DNA of 64,000 nt from Sarea resinae. Its lineage: Eukaryota. A model generated the notes under the pieces. The model saw only the letters and a program-made list of their open reading frames with translations. It had not been told where the DNA came from and did not search any database. The stretch covers positions 62,001 to 126,000 of the forward strand of contig JAPEUD010000024.1 of NCBI GenBank assembly GCA_026026165.1, in the 5' to 3' direction. The translations under genes and the position numbers were made by a program. Shown here one piece after another: positions 12,306-25,316 of the stretch (positions are counted from its first letter, which is position 1; each line of letters opens with the position of its first letter).

Positions 12306-15300
12306 TCACGAAGCCGACGAAGAACCCAGGGATCCAAATCCCGTGTTGGTGAACCCGTCTTCCTGCTTCATTGTTCCGTTCAACATTGGACATAATCTGT
12401 GTCAGTAGATGTCATGTTAGCACTGATCCTGTATAGGATGGTATATATATGCAATGATTATAGATGATCAAGAAGATGGTCTCAACAGCACTTTTTGTTG
12501 GTTTTAATGTGGCCGACTTGCCCACAGTTGGCACATTTTCGCTGAGTTCCGACAGATTTCGGATTGATCGTCGCAGGAGAGCCAGGCGAGCTTGGCGACT
12601 TCCCAATTCCGTTGCTGAGGAGGCCTTTCTGCTTGTCCCGAGCAAGTCGGCGATCCTTGTTTCGCTCAAGGCGGGCCAACTCCTCTTCCAATCTATGGAT
12701 GTGTTAGCAAATACTCATTGTCATCATTTAAGCAATATAGGTATACAATTTCTGCGAACGCCGATCTCTCTCAGCGTCTCCAGTAGGCTTGAGTTCGGAT
12801 AGTCTGTCACGACGGTTAGTACAGGGCAGAAACAAATGGCAAGGAGGCTCTCTGACTTTAGGTTTTCCGCTTCAATCGCATGGCGTCTCTTCAAGTACAT
12901 GCGAATGACTCGAGGGTCTTTGATCACATCTTCCTCAAGCTTTAGACCTTCCTTGGGGACTAGTCTTCGACGATTGATACGAAGCACCTTTCCAGATTGA
13001 CTGGCCGTACTGAACTTGCTCATCTGACTCGCAGTATCGTCGTCTCGGCGCGAAAATGCAGCAGGTGTTGCCGCTTCTGATCTGGGCGTTCCAACGCCCC
13101 CGAAGCGCTCTTCCGGTTCGTCGTGATGGTCATCATCCATATCAGTGTCAGAATGCTCAACGGCAGATGAGAGATTGCTCTTCTGGGCTTCCCAGATCCG
13201 ACGAATAGCATCCTCATAGGCCTTCTGTTGCCTTGCAACATTATAGCTATGCCCTCCAAGCTCCTTCAGCTTCTTCGCATCCAGCTTGTCCTCGACACTC
13301 TCTCCTATAGCTTTGAAGCCTCCTTTCATGGAGGTACGAATGAAGCTAAATGCTTCGCCCCGACCAGATGGGTCTCCTTCACCATGCAATTGAAGCATCG
13401 CTTTGCCTTGGGTTGCATGGAGGAAATTACGCGTCGTATGCCAAGGAGCCAGCTGTTGCTCCATGCTCTGCCCTTCCTTGCCATCTTCATCTTCAACTTC
13501 CTCGTCGTCTTTGCTATAGCCTGCGTCTTGAAGATGACGCTGACCGACTTGCATGGACTCGAGCAAGCAGACATCTTCGGGCTTGATCAGAGAGCGTAGA
13601 GCTTGTTCGTCTGGGATAGGTTCGCCAGGTCTCATTTCCCATTCCTTGTGCTCTTTCGAAAATTGCATGAACTCCTTCATCTTCTGCCGATTCTGCATAT
13701 CGGTAGTCTCTGGGAAATGCTCCGTTACTGCTGAGACACTGATCCGATGAGGGACTGTCCGCCTAATCTTGCGATAGGATATCATCTTCAACCGATTCTT
13801 TGCAGCAGTCGTAACCTTTCGTGAATGAGGTCCTGGAACATCCACGGACGGGAACTCTTGTCCAACGACGTAAAGGTTTTCGATGTTTCGTAAGTACCAA
13901 CTTTGTCCACCGACACCTGTGGTGTTTCGAGCGACCAGGAAGTCAGTAGGCTTAGCTGACTGCTGAAATATAGGAGCTCGATACATCCCGTTGTAGAGAG
14001 TTGGCATCGTCTGACCTGGCTCGATATTTCCGAATATCGAGAACGGGCTCTTGTCCTGAGGTAGAAGCACCGCAGTTTCTCCGATATCTATCTTCGGCCG
14101 TCCATGCTCTTCTAGGTTCTTACGGCGATAGTAATTTATCAAACGACTTCCCATTCCGAAATTGGACATCATTGTGGGGTACTCTTCTGAGTACTCGAGT
14201 AGTAAGACACTTGAGTTGTCGCCAAGCGAAAGATCCTTCGTGGTCTGGAACACGCTCTGCGCATCTTTCCCTTTGAGATGCTTCCGTTTGCGATGGCGAG
14301 GAAAGCTGAACACTACGGGCGAGCCCATGGTTTGGAATGACATAAGTGGACGATGGAAAGATCGCGCCTCTCGAACTTCCAGCTTGACCTTGTACTGTGA
14401 GAGGTTAGATGTGGATAGATAGAATATGATAAACTGGGACACTCACATAAGGCCATTGTAACCTGACGGCTGGCAAACTGTGCTCAACCGTAAGATTTCC
14501 AAGTGTGCTGCGGACCCTGCTCTGGTGATTTTCCTTGAGCAAGTCATAAGCCTCGTCATTTGAAACGTTGTAACGTTGGGTCAGATCCTTTGTCAAAGCT
14601 CCATTGGCGCCGCGTCGGAAGCTGCCGCCCAGACGGCGCGGTTTCTTAATGGGCGAGGTCGGTTCGAGGATCTCAATCAGTAGATGCGGATCATTCAAAT
14701 CCAGAGTCACCGCTTTAGCAAGCTTAGCAGTGGCCCGTTCGGGATCGTCAAATGAAGGGAAGTCAAATTGAGGGACGGCCAATAGACTATTTATGGCATG
14801 GCCGACCTTTTGCCGCTATGAAAGATTTGTATCAGTCGATCAGTCAATTGAGGCCCTGAATTGATTCTTACCTTAGCGGGAAACCTGCCAGAGTCAACAT
14901 CCTCATCTGCATGGCCAGTAGCGACCTCATCAATGGATCTCCTTAAGCTAGTCCCCTGTGCCTCATGGGATCGGATGAGTTTCTGTTTCTGAACGACAAA
15001 ATTGTCAGTTGACTGGTCAATAAGAGCCCAGAATTGTAATCTTACCTTCGCAGTAGGTGCTCCATACGCAGTCTCCCAATCATCGCCATCATCCAAGTCA
15101 TCAAAATCATTGAAAGATCCTGTTCGGGTATTTTGCTTCTCATTGGGAATGTTCTCCGTTATATCGATGTCCCAGTCATCACAGATCATTTGTAGATCGC
15201 TCCAGGTCACGCCACCAATATTTTCATCGGCATCTATTGATTTCGCTTCCACTTCATCCTCGCTACTCTTCTCTTGTGACTCGTCGTCGGAAATAAGAAT

Positions 15301-16257
15301 CAGGCCCTTTGCCTCTGCTTCAGCTATACGAATCGCCTTACTTGATGACGCCGGGCCTGCGCTTCTGAAACTTCGCTCCTGCTCTGGTGCAATTTCGAGA
15401 TTGGTCTTCGTGATGTGGAGTGGCTTGGGGACTTTGAGAGGTGATTTCCCGAGGTAGTGAGCCTTTTTGGGAGCAATCAGGTCCATGAACCGGGGAATAG
15501 TATCACGCTCGAACTTGGGCCACATGGACGTGAGAAGCTCCTCTTTATTCTCCGGCGGGGCTGGTGGTAGCAGTGCATCGGACATGGCGAACAGAGCATG
15601 CTGCTCTCTGACCTGGGCGTCATCCTCGTCCGCAGTATAATCCACGTCCTGGAAGAGAGGCTTGGTGGTCTTGGGCGTTTCTTTCACTTCCTGGCTAGGA
15701 ACAGGGTCTGTGGCTGTCGCAGATGAATCGGGAGCGGCCTCGTCTTCGAACTCGAAAGACATACCCGCGTCGACCGTAGAAGCGCCTTGCTGCGTTGCTG
15801 CATCTGGCGCATCTGGCGCTCCTGTCGGGGACGAGGGAACATCGCCGAAAAGATCATCGTATGGATCTACCTCATCATCTGCCCCGTTCTGTAGCCCAGC
15901 TACCTCTGCCTCAGGTTCTATGTCATTCAAACCTCCAAATAGGTCGTCATCCGCTATGTCCCCATCTATGTCGGCCGATTTGCTCACAGGGCCCTCCTCT
16001 TCCTCGGCCAAATCGTCATCATCAATATCCTCGTAGTCCACGGCATCCTGCGCTTTCTCTCCTGGTACTAGGTCGCGACTGAAGATATCGAAAGAGCCAG
16101 TCTCGGTCTCATTCAAGAGCCGCTGAATCGCCAGCTCATCCTGCTCGGCTTGATCATCCTTTGGATCGACGGCATGAGGCATTTTGGACGGTGTCGAGCC
16201 GTTTGTGAGGTGGGGAGAATATGGGTGTGAAGGTTGATGAGTTGACACGGTCGCCAT
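12306..16257 (-). CDS. TAF1: TFIID subunit 1 (TAF1), 7 exons
   Basis: Acidic TAND-like N-terminus (DAVDYEDIDDDDLAEEE), core motifs EYSEEYP, VPGPHSRK, LAPW.TTRNF, GEGDPSGRGEAFSF, and a C-terminal zinc knuckle RKCANCGQVGHIKTNKK|LCP. Final exon ends at TGA 12306-12308. Confidence 0.95.
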
Positions 16258-16998
16258 GGTCAGAACTGAAGCCTAGGAGCTCTCGTCCGGGACCTGACGA
16301 AGCGGCAGGTGGTGAGCTGCGAGCATCGGTACCACTGTTCTTTAGGTTCGCGGAGATGATCGCAACATCGTAGACTGCGGATCGGGTCTACATGGACTCG
16401 AAGGTGGAGATTTGACGGGAGGAGGCGAAGGCTTATTCTTTGGTTGAAGGACGGAAGCTGGTGATATTGAAGGACGATGGAGGTAGATGCCAAGACAATT
16501 CGATAGACTCGTCGTCACTGCGACGAATTCGGTTAGGCGCTAATATATACCACTTTCGGTCAATTTAGCGAAGGCGCATGCAAAGCACTGTTGACGGGAA
16601 TGTGAAGGCTAGAACTGCAGCAGCATGAAATTTAGTCGTCTCAAGAAGCGATTGAAAGAAGGTAATGTAGATATCAATGGATGTATGAGGGTGAAGAATT
16701 GGTCTTGAGGACATCAACGGAGAACTAAGTCTGGCACGTGAGTAAAGTAGTCACTACGGAGATGCTGATTCACCAGCGGATATTTATCATGGCATTTAGA
16801 AGAGCAAATGGATGATATTCACTGCTGTCGCAAAATAATGACGACCTAAGGCAACTGCAAGCGGTGGAGGAGAAGAGGATGTTATTTTGAAGGGTGTTGA
16901 TTAGGGACTGTGATGATCAAACACCTTGATAAAATTTCTAAATAAAAGACTATTATTCCCAGCTCCAACACGCAAGACGCCATCAAGAAGCCGCAATC

Positions 16999-17951
16999 TC
17001 AATCCCAGTGAAACCCCCCATAGTAAATGCAAAGCGCCTACCGCAATCACGTCAATAATCTGAAAGAAGAAACCCACCTCACGGGCAGGAAAAGACTCAC
17101 CTTACTCGCCCCATCCATGCAATAGTGTACCACAGGCGCCGTCTTCCCATCCGGCACCATCATCGCCAACTGTCTCAAATCAGACGTGCGAGGCAGATAG
17201 AGCACGAGATCCTTTGAGATCTTCGACAGCGACCCGTGAATGTGCTGTAGAGAGTACGGCTGCATGGTCGAGAGACAAAAGACCTCGTCGGAGCTATAAC
17301 CGGGTCCTGAAAGGAAATATATCAGAAAAAGACGTTCCTTGATCTCTCGTAATTGCATCATTGGCAACTCACCTCCCCATGGCGGGCTGGCGAAGATGAC
17401 GCTCTCCTTGCCCAGGGCGGCCAGTCTCTTCTTGAGGACGTCGAAGCAGTCGCCCTCAATCCACCAGATCTTGTTCGCCACGCCGTAGATGTCCGCGTTG
17501 TGCTTTGCGCATTTCAGCACCTCGGGGTCCTTCTCGACGGCAAACACACGCTCCCATCGGCCCGATTGAGCAAAGGCGATGGCGTTTGCGCCGACGCCCG
17601 CGAAGGCGTCGATGATGATTTTTTTCTCCGGCGGCGCGGATGCCGCGATGTGTTCTGCGATTTTGCTACACGGGAAATTAGCAGAGCACGCCTACTTGGA
17701 TACGAACGGACACGTACTTGGCAACCGGCTCAGGCGTCACACCGAACCAGGCGTCGTCGGTCATCCAGATGCCTTCATCGTAGTTGGAGAAGATCCGGTG
17801 TCGTTGGTGCCAGTACCTGCTCGTCCGTCAGAAGGGAAGTTCGAATCACGCATGAGTGCGCCATGACGGGGACTGACTTTTGAATATCCCACGGCACTTC
17901 GGCGACGAAGGTGTAGTGGTGACAGCCGTCAGGGATCTGCTCTTCGTCCAT
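16999..17951 (-). CDS. TGS1: Trimethylguanosine synthase, 5 exons
   Basis: KYWHQRHRIFSNYDEGIWMTDDAWFGVTPEPVA, DAFAGVGAN, FASPPWGGPGY, LYLPRTSD, last exon ALCIYYG. Confidence 0.92.
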
Positions 17952-18404
17952 GTTGTGCGTTACAGGCGTGCACGGGTTGAATTCGATCTTCCGTCGTGGC
18001 CACTATATCGGTACTCTCATCTGCTCGTGGCCTCCATCTCCATGCGCTTCAACTTGTAGACCGACCCTGTGTAGTTCTTGTCCCAGAACAATCCTATGAT
18101 AGCGACCGCCTGGCCGGAATGTTTCACAATTCAGTTAGTGTTGTTCATTAGATATGTCAGTTGAGCCACATGTCTGTCCTTGACCGCGATAGAATTGAGC
18201 ATAATCTCGAAAAAATGTCCCCGAAGCGGGATCCATCTAGAAGCTATGACCACCCCCCCAAGGGCCGCATCATCGCCAAACCAAACCACACCCTCCCCCT
18301 ACGCTACGACCAACGTAACATCAACATCACCTCCTCCGCCAGCCAAACGCCCCATCTTCTCCCTCACCAACACCAGAGAAATACTACCCACGAGATAACC
18401 CAGC

Positions 18405-19819
18405 ATGTTCGGCGCCCTCAATCGCTTCATTTCGCGCCTGGACTCGGAATCGCCGCTGCGCCCCGGCTCAAGCAATGGCTCCGGCCACGGCGGTTACGGG
18501 TTCCAGGTGCTGCGCAACACCAACGAGGCTCTGCCGCTGGAACCCTGGTTCGACTTTATCATCGGCATTAACGGACGGCCCATCGTAAGGAAATGCTCTT
18601 CCTCTAACCCTCTAACCCCCTTTCCCCTTCCTAGCCCCTAGATACCACGTTCACAACACACGACACACGCGCGCACATGAACCCCAAAACATACAAACAA
18701 GCACTGACATCGCGGTGTCCTCCCCGCCCCAAAAAGGACAACCCAGACATCCATCTCTTCAGCACCGAGATCCGCAACTGCGCGGGCGCGTCCGTGACGC
18801 TCGGCATCTACAGCGCCAAAGGCAGCCGCACATACGACATCGCGTACGCGATCCCGGCCACCTCGCCCTCGCTCGGCCTAAGTCTGCAATGGACGCCTCT
18901 GTCGACCAGCGAAGACGTATGGCACATCCTCGACGTGGCAGCGAACTCGCCCGCCGACGTGGCCGGCCTGCTGCCGTACGGGGACTACATCATCGGCAGC
19001 GCCGAGGGCGTGGTGAGGGGCGAAGCCGGCCTGGGCGAGCTGGTCGAAGACCACCTGTCGCGCCCGCTGCGCCTGCTCGTCTACAACCACGAGTACGACG
19101 TCTCGCGCCTGGTGACCATCACGCCGACGCGGCACTGGGGCGGCGACGGCGCCCTGGGCTGCGTCCTCGGTTTCGGCGCCCTCCATCGCATCCCCGCCCC
19201 GCTGACCGAACCGCCCCAGGGACCGGGCGAGACGCTGTTCGAGACGCACCCGAGCGGCAGCGGTGTTGGCAGCGCTGCCGCGACGGCCGCACGGTTCAGC
19301 AACGAGGAAGACGCCCACCACGCCCCACCGGCAACAACAACCACCACGTCGACACCCTCGGAATTCATCATCCCAGCCAGCCTGCCCCTGTCGCCGCCCT
19401 CCCATCCCGCAAGCACGACGAAAAGCCCCTCGCCCTCCAACGGCCGCGCCGCGCGGAAAACCCGCCAACAACATCAGCACCACCACCACGCCATCAGCCC
19501 CGGCGCCACCAACGCAGGCATCGACGACTATTTCCGCGAAGGCGAGCAGAAGAGCCGCGAGCTAGACCACGCGCCGAGCCCGCGACCCAGCGGCACCGCA
19601 CCGCCGCCGCCGCCGCCGATGAAGACGGTGAAAGGGGGTCTGCCGCCTCCGCCGAAAGGACCGTCGCCGGTGGCCAAGGCTGAGAGGGAGGAAGAGGGGC
19701 CAATTGAGAAGCTGGATGAGAATGAGAATGGGGATGGTAATGAGGAGAGCGGTGGTGGAGATGTTACTGGCAACGGCAACGGCAACGGCAACGGCACCAA
19801 TGACGATGATGTAGATTAG
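18405..19819 (+). CDS. GRH1: GRASP55/65-family Golgi reassembly stacking protein; one intron ~18585-18736
   Basis: MFGALNRFISRLD, YGFQVL..LEPWFDFIIGING, WHILDV..SPA..AGLLPYGDYIIG, WGGDGALGCVLGFGALHRIP, Pro-rich tail. Confidence 0.92.
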
Positions 19820-20164
19820 ATTCAGGCCACCCTTAGGCCTTAGCCTATAGCCCCTATGTCAGGCGCGAGCCAACGAACGAATGAACGAATGTGAGTGAGT
19901 GAGATAAAAAAGATACAGCTACGGATGTGTTTAATTCACCATAAGAAGATATGTATTCCGGCCGCCCTTCCATTCCGTTCTCCGATGGTTCGATCTGTCA
20001 GGTTGTAATGAATCTAGTTTTGTATTATTTCAAGAACATAAAAGTTCAGTCTCAACCGACCGACCGACTGACCGACCGACCGACCGACCGACCCATCCAT
20101 CCATCAAGACTAGAAACAAATTCCCCATATCGTAATCCCCCCCCAGCATTCCTTCTAACCACAC

Positions 20165-22104
20165 TCACAGCTCATCATGATCGGGCTCATCGGCATCGCC
20201 ATCTACGATGGCCGTCTTGACCGCCTCCGCAGCGTCCCCAACGACACTCTTGACGCTCTCCTTGATACCAGCCTCGGCCTTCTCGGTGGCGGCAGGGGCA
20301 GCCTTGCCGAGGTCAGAGGTGGCGTCAGCCATATCGACGTCTTCGTCGTCCTTGTCATCATCAGCAGAAGTAGAAGAGGCATCGGCGCCATGCGTGCCGT
20401 GCTCCTTGATGAATGCAGCAAGGTCGTCGACCGTACGCGCGCCGCGGTATTCAACGGGTTCGGCCTTGGCGCCGGCCCGGAAGAGCTTGATGGTCGGGAA
20501 GCCCTGAATCTCGTCCGGGACGTCGTTGGCGGTGGCGTCGACCTTGGCGACCGTGACCTTCTTCGAGAGGGCGGGGTTATTGAAGTAGAGCGCGGCGAGT
20601 TCCTCGTATTTGGGAGCCAGCGCCTTGCAGTGGCCGCACCACGGAGCGTAGAACTCTACGAGCACGTCCTTGTCGTCGTCCAGGACGATCTCGTCGTAGT
20701 TGTGGGCTACGACGATGTGGACCGGACCGTCTTGCTTCTCCGGAACGGCCTCGGACTTGACGCTCGGTTCGATCTTGCCGTCGACAAAGTCCTGGACAAA
20801 CTTGCCGATTTCCTTGACGGTGAGCTTCTTGCTCTGGTCGAAGGGAAACTTGAGATTCTGCGTGACCTCCTGGATGGCGAAAGCGGGAAACTTGGCCTCG
20901 AGGTTTAGGTTACCGGCGTGAGCACCAAAAGCCTTCGCGTCAATAGTCGCAAAGTTGACGGCACCCTTGTGCTTGATTGCCACGGGCTTAAGGGTCTCGG
21001 CCAACTCGTCCCTTTCCTCGGGAGAGTTGGAAAAGATGTAGGCGAGAGGAAGTCCAGCCTGCGATTCATCAGATTGGTGGAATAGAAGACTCATTACGGA
21101 AAACTCACGTCCATGTACTTTCCGTACGTATCAGGCCTGACTTCACCAACCAGTGGTGTGGATGCCGTGCTAACGAATTGTTCGATTGCCTCCACCTCAA
21201 ACTTGCTCTCGAAGGTGTCCTTGCCATCATCGAACTGCTTGTACAGAACGATCGAGGGCTGCTTCACGCCTTCGGCCTTCGCCAAAGAGGCGTCGCTGGT
21301 CGCTCCGAACAGGTACGAGTCCCTGAGAGATTCCGCGACCTTGCTGAAAGTCTCGTTCGAGGCCTTGTCATCGGCGTCAAAGTAAGCCACTATGACAACC
21401 TTGTCGGCGCTCTTAAATTCCTCGAGATTATCTTTGTCGACGGTAGAGACTGGTGGCAGAGCTTGCTTCGTCATGTAGGAGATGATGCTGCCATTCGATT
21501 AGATCCAGATTCACTCGAACTGGAAACCCAGAAACTCACGCTTGAGCTTTCCGTTGCCCGGCGTATGGCGCAATATTATCAGGCCCCCGGAAGACCTTCA
21601 CGGTTGGGTATCCTTCAACACCATAGCTCTGGCAGAGCTCGGCCTCCTCTGTGCAGTCGACCTTGACCAACGGAATATCCTTCTCCTTCAACTTCGTCGC
21701 AGCCTCCTCGTACTCTGGCGCAAGCGCTTTGCAGTGTCCGCTATACGAGATTAGCCAATTACTCGTCCATGAAGGGATTTCCGCGCGCGAATCTACTCAC
21801 CACCATGGCTGTCATGAGAGACGGAATGTTAGCGCTTCTGTGATTGTGGCTGCCAGCCTGCTAGTAAGAGGGATTACATACAGCAAAGACTGGCGAAGAA
21901 GCAAGTCAGCTGGCTGCCCCACGAGAAGAATTGTGGCATCAGGGAATGTCTTGGAAATTGGCACATACATTCTGCAAGAACTAGATCATGCTCCTTGATG
22001 AATGTCGGAAAGGTATCCGTCTTGAGATCGTGAACGTCTGAGGCGGAAGCAAGGGTGGCGGCAGCTCCCAGCAGGCCGAGGGCGGCGGTTCTGAAACTCC
22101 GCAT
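20165..22104 (-). CDS. PDI1: Protein disulfide isomerase; includes micro-exons 21882-21889 and 21801-21808
   Basis: Signal peptide MRSFRTAALGLLGAAATLASA, two APWCGHCK sites, C-terminal HDEL. Confidence 0.96.
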
Positions 22105-22815
22105 GATGATAGGCTTTCAGAAAACAATGTAACCAGCGGCACTTGACTCTCCAATTCTACGGTCAGACAGGATCGAGGGAAGAGAGACAGATGAGGAGAA
22201 AAGGAATGAAAGATCGAGATGGATGATAGCAGGTAGGATCATTACGCAGCGCAGCAACTTACATCGTACACTTCAGTAGATATCTGGACGTAGTACGCAG
22301 TACTGCCGCAGTAGTAGCTGAGCAAGCAAGCTGTCCTGATGGGAGGTACTCCGTACTTCGAACTACCTGAGCGATTGTGCTCTCGAGGCGCTCGCCCCTC
22401 AGGTACCGAACGCTTTAATCAGCATCTTCGCCATGCATGAGGACACCTTACACCTTTCGCCGGGACCTGTCAAGGTACTGTCACGCCGTCATCCAGTCAT
22501 ACAGGGACGGGGTACTGATACCTTCAGGTACCGACCGTGCCGGCCAGAGTCAGGTACTTCTGGATCCATGGCTCGTACTCTTGCCCAATGGCATTTCATC
22601 GACCATACTCTGAGTAGGTACTACTATGAGTAGGTAAGGTATTCCGTAGTCATTCACCCCTCTCCCTTGCCATTGAGAGTCACCATCATGGAACGAACAT
22701 ACGGAGTGGCCTTCAGGTTCAGCATGGATATTCGAATTCTATTAATTGGATGATTATATCGGTACCCGAGGGTTTCATATCTACAATATCCAAGATCCTC
22801 GTCTCTCGCAGAGTC

Positions 22816-25316
22816 TCACCTCTCACCATTCGACTCGTCCGACTCCTCATCGATCATCCTGATCGTCCCTTGCTCGTCTTCGGCGCCCTCATCGGGTGTG
22901 GCGTTTGATGATTCCCGCTCCGCTAGCACCCTCGCCATCTCTGCTCCTTCTCTCTTACCTCGTTCGACGTCGACCGCCCACATGAGAGGAATGGGAATCG
23001 CCAGCAAGACGGCAAGAAACCAAAAGGCCTTTCATGAAATATCAATTGAATGGTCCAGGGTAGAGAGGGATTGAGACTTACGGGTCTGATCTCTCCAAAT
23101 GCATCGGTGATCGCTCCCACGATTGCTGGTCCGAAGACGCTAGATCCCTTATCTGTAATGGCGTAGAGGGCGTAGAATGCCGCCTCCGATCCGGGCGGGA
23201 TCAGCTCTCCGAATAGACTTCGACAGTAGGAAGAGAGGCCGCCGAGAAGGAAACCATATACGGCTCCAAGGGGGTACATTTCCCAGGGCTGCTGCAATCC
23301 GAACATGCCGAGGCGGCGTAATGGCGGCAGGTACCCGAGCAACCCATAGATGGGAATGATCTCAAACACACATATGCATGCCAGAATGGTTTGATTAGGC
23401 CGGAGGCCAAGCAGTCGAGATAGCTTACTCCAGGTGAAGGCGCCAAGCACACCGCACAGAGTGACTATAACGTTGATCAAGGCTAGCGCGGCGGGCTTCA
23501 TACCTAGCTGCGTTTTTGCGAAGAGCACAGCTGTCCCACTGACAGTCGCAACTAGTGAAACTTAGAGTGCGAATACGACGGACGTACGGATCAACTTACT
23601 GCCATCCGATAGAAGGAACCAGGCGGAGAGAAACAGGACAACGTCTCGCAAGTGGCGCGCTCGCAAGATGGTCTTTCCAAGGGAGCTCCAGGCATAGGCG
23701 ACATAACCAAACCAGCTTCGACGCTTGGTTCCAGCAGTGAGAAGCGGGGGGCCCGGGCGAGGGCGCAGCCACAGAGCGGCTGGGATGGAGAAAACGAACC
23801 ACCAGGCGCCAACCACGAAGAGAACAAGGCGCAGGGAGAAGGTAGATGACCCTGTGAAAACGACGATGAAAATAGATGCAGTTTGGACGAAGACTGCGGC
23901 CACATATCCGATGCCAATGCCATAGGAAGAGATCTGGGTGGAAAGTTGAAGTGCAGCGCTAATAGTCGCGGGCTCTTCGGGGATTCCGGCAGGACGCTCC
24001 AGACTAGACCGGTGTAGTAACGATGCGGCAGGATCGATGACATCCTCACCAAAAGAACTTCTTTCGGTAGGATATCGTTCTGGTTCGAGTTCATGTGCCT
24101 GCTCTGGTGGGGGTATAGATGGCTCGGCAAATTGAACAGACGGGTGGTGACGAACCAGAAGAGGCAAAAATGAGTTCAGAAGCACGAACGAGGCGCCAAA
24201 ACAGGTGTTCGAAACGATTGCAAGAACAGCGCCCAAAACATAAACATTGGGGAGGACGGCAAGAAACAACATTGTCGCAATAGCGCCTGTAAATGCGAAT
24301 GCTAGCAGTAGAGTTTTCCGGTGATTCCCATGGTCCGCCGCACCTGTACGCTTTCAGTCATGGCATTCGGCGTTCCAAGAAGATACTTACCAGACATTGA
24401 AATAATGAGCAATGCTTGTACTAAGACGCTCAGCGAGAATGTGTACATTGCAAAGCTAGCTGTATTGATCTTCGCACCAAGTAGGAATACCACGCATTGT
24501 CCAGTATCAGGATGGGACAAGGCTGTCTTTGGAGGGAGAACTGAGGAGATTGTCGCGTTGAAGATGGGAGGAGATGGCACATCGAAACTCGCGCGGCATG
24601 GAGTCACCCCATCCGATAGAAGCACTCCATGCTCTCTAGCAAGTTGCTCTAGGATTATTGGAATGAATGACCCTTGGAGTAAGAGGTCAGTATTTTGTTT
24701 CGCCCCAGCACATCAAGAAATGGAGTTGCTCGCAGTGGCAGCCAACAGGAGCAATGGGAGCTCTCGTTGTCATCCTCAAGCGGCTCCAGGAGATCGATAC
24801 GGATGGCATGCAACAGAGGAGGAAGATGGACAGTATAAATCGGTGGTCTCACCTACACCGCAGACGACGAAGACCTGCCATGGCTTAACATCAGCAAATG
24901 AACGGAGTTGCGTCTTCGGAATCGCGTTCGAACCTCGGCTGCCCATCCATAGCTGTACCAGCCAGCCAACTCTTTCTTGCTCGTCAGGCGCGTGTCCTCT
25001 CCGACGTACTGCGGAGCACCGTGGCTCATGCTGGGCGCATCGGCGGAGTCCATGCTTGACCGGTCCGAGAAGGAGCGCTCGTCGTCGGCCTCAAAGGATG
25101 GCGTTGGCGATATGATGGAGGCTTTCGCGTTGGAAGGGAGCCGTGACGGAGCTGGCCGGCGGGGCGGTTCATTTCGTGGGACCTACAGGCAGAGCAGATG
25201 AGCGATCCTGATGCTCTCTCTTTTGGGAGGTCGGAGCTGGCTGGAGGTGTCGCCAGAGCGCCAAACAGAGTCGCAAGCTGCGGCACCCCCCAAGTAGGCA
25301 AGTCACTTCGTACCAT
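22816..25316 (-). CDS. ATG22: Autophagy-related vacuolar amino-acid efflux MFS transporter
   Basis: [46 protein letters not shown]-like [29 protein letters not shown]. The start is either an ATG-only exon at 25314-25316 or the ATG at 25053. Confidence 0.92.

Noticed and set aside
18715..19683. 322-aa alternate-frame ORF overlapping GRH1
   Set aside because: Arg/Pro-rich frame artefact of high GC; non-ATG start inside an intron.
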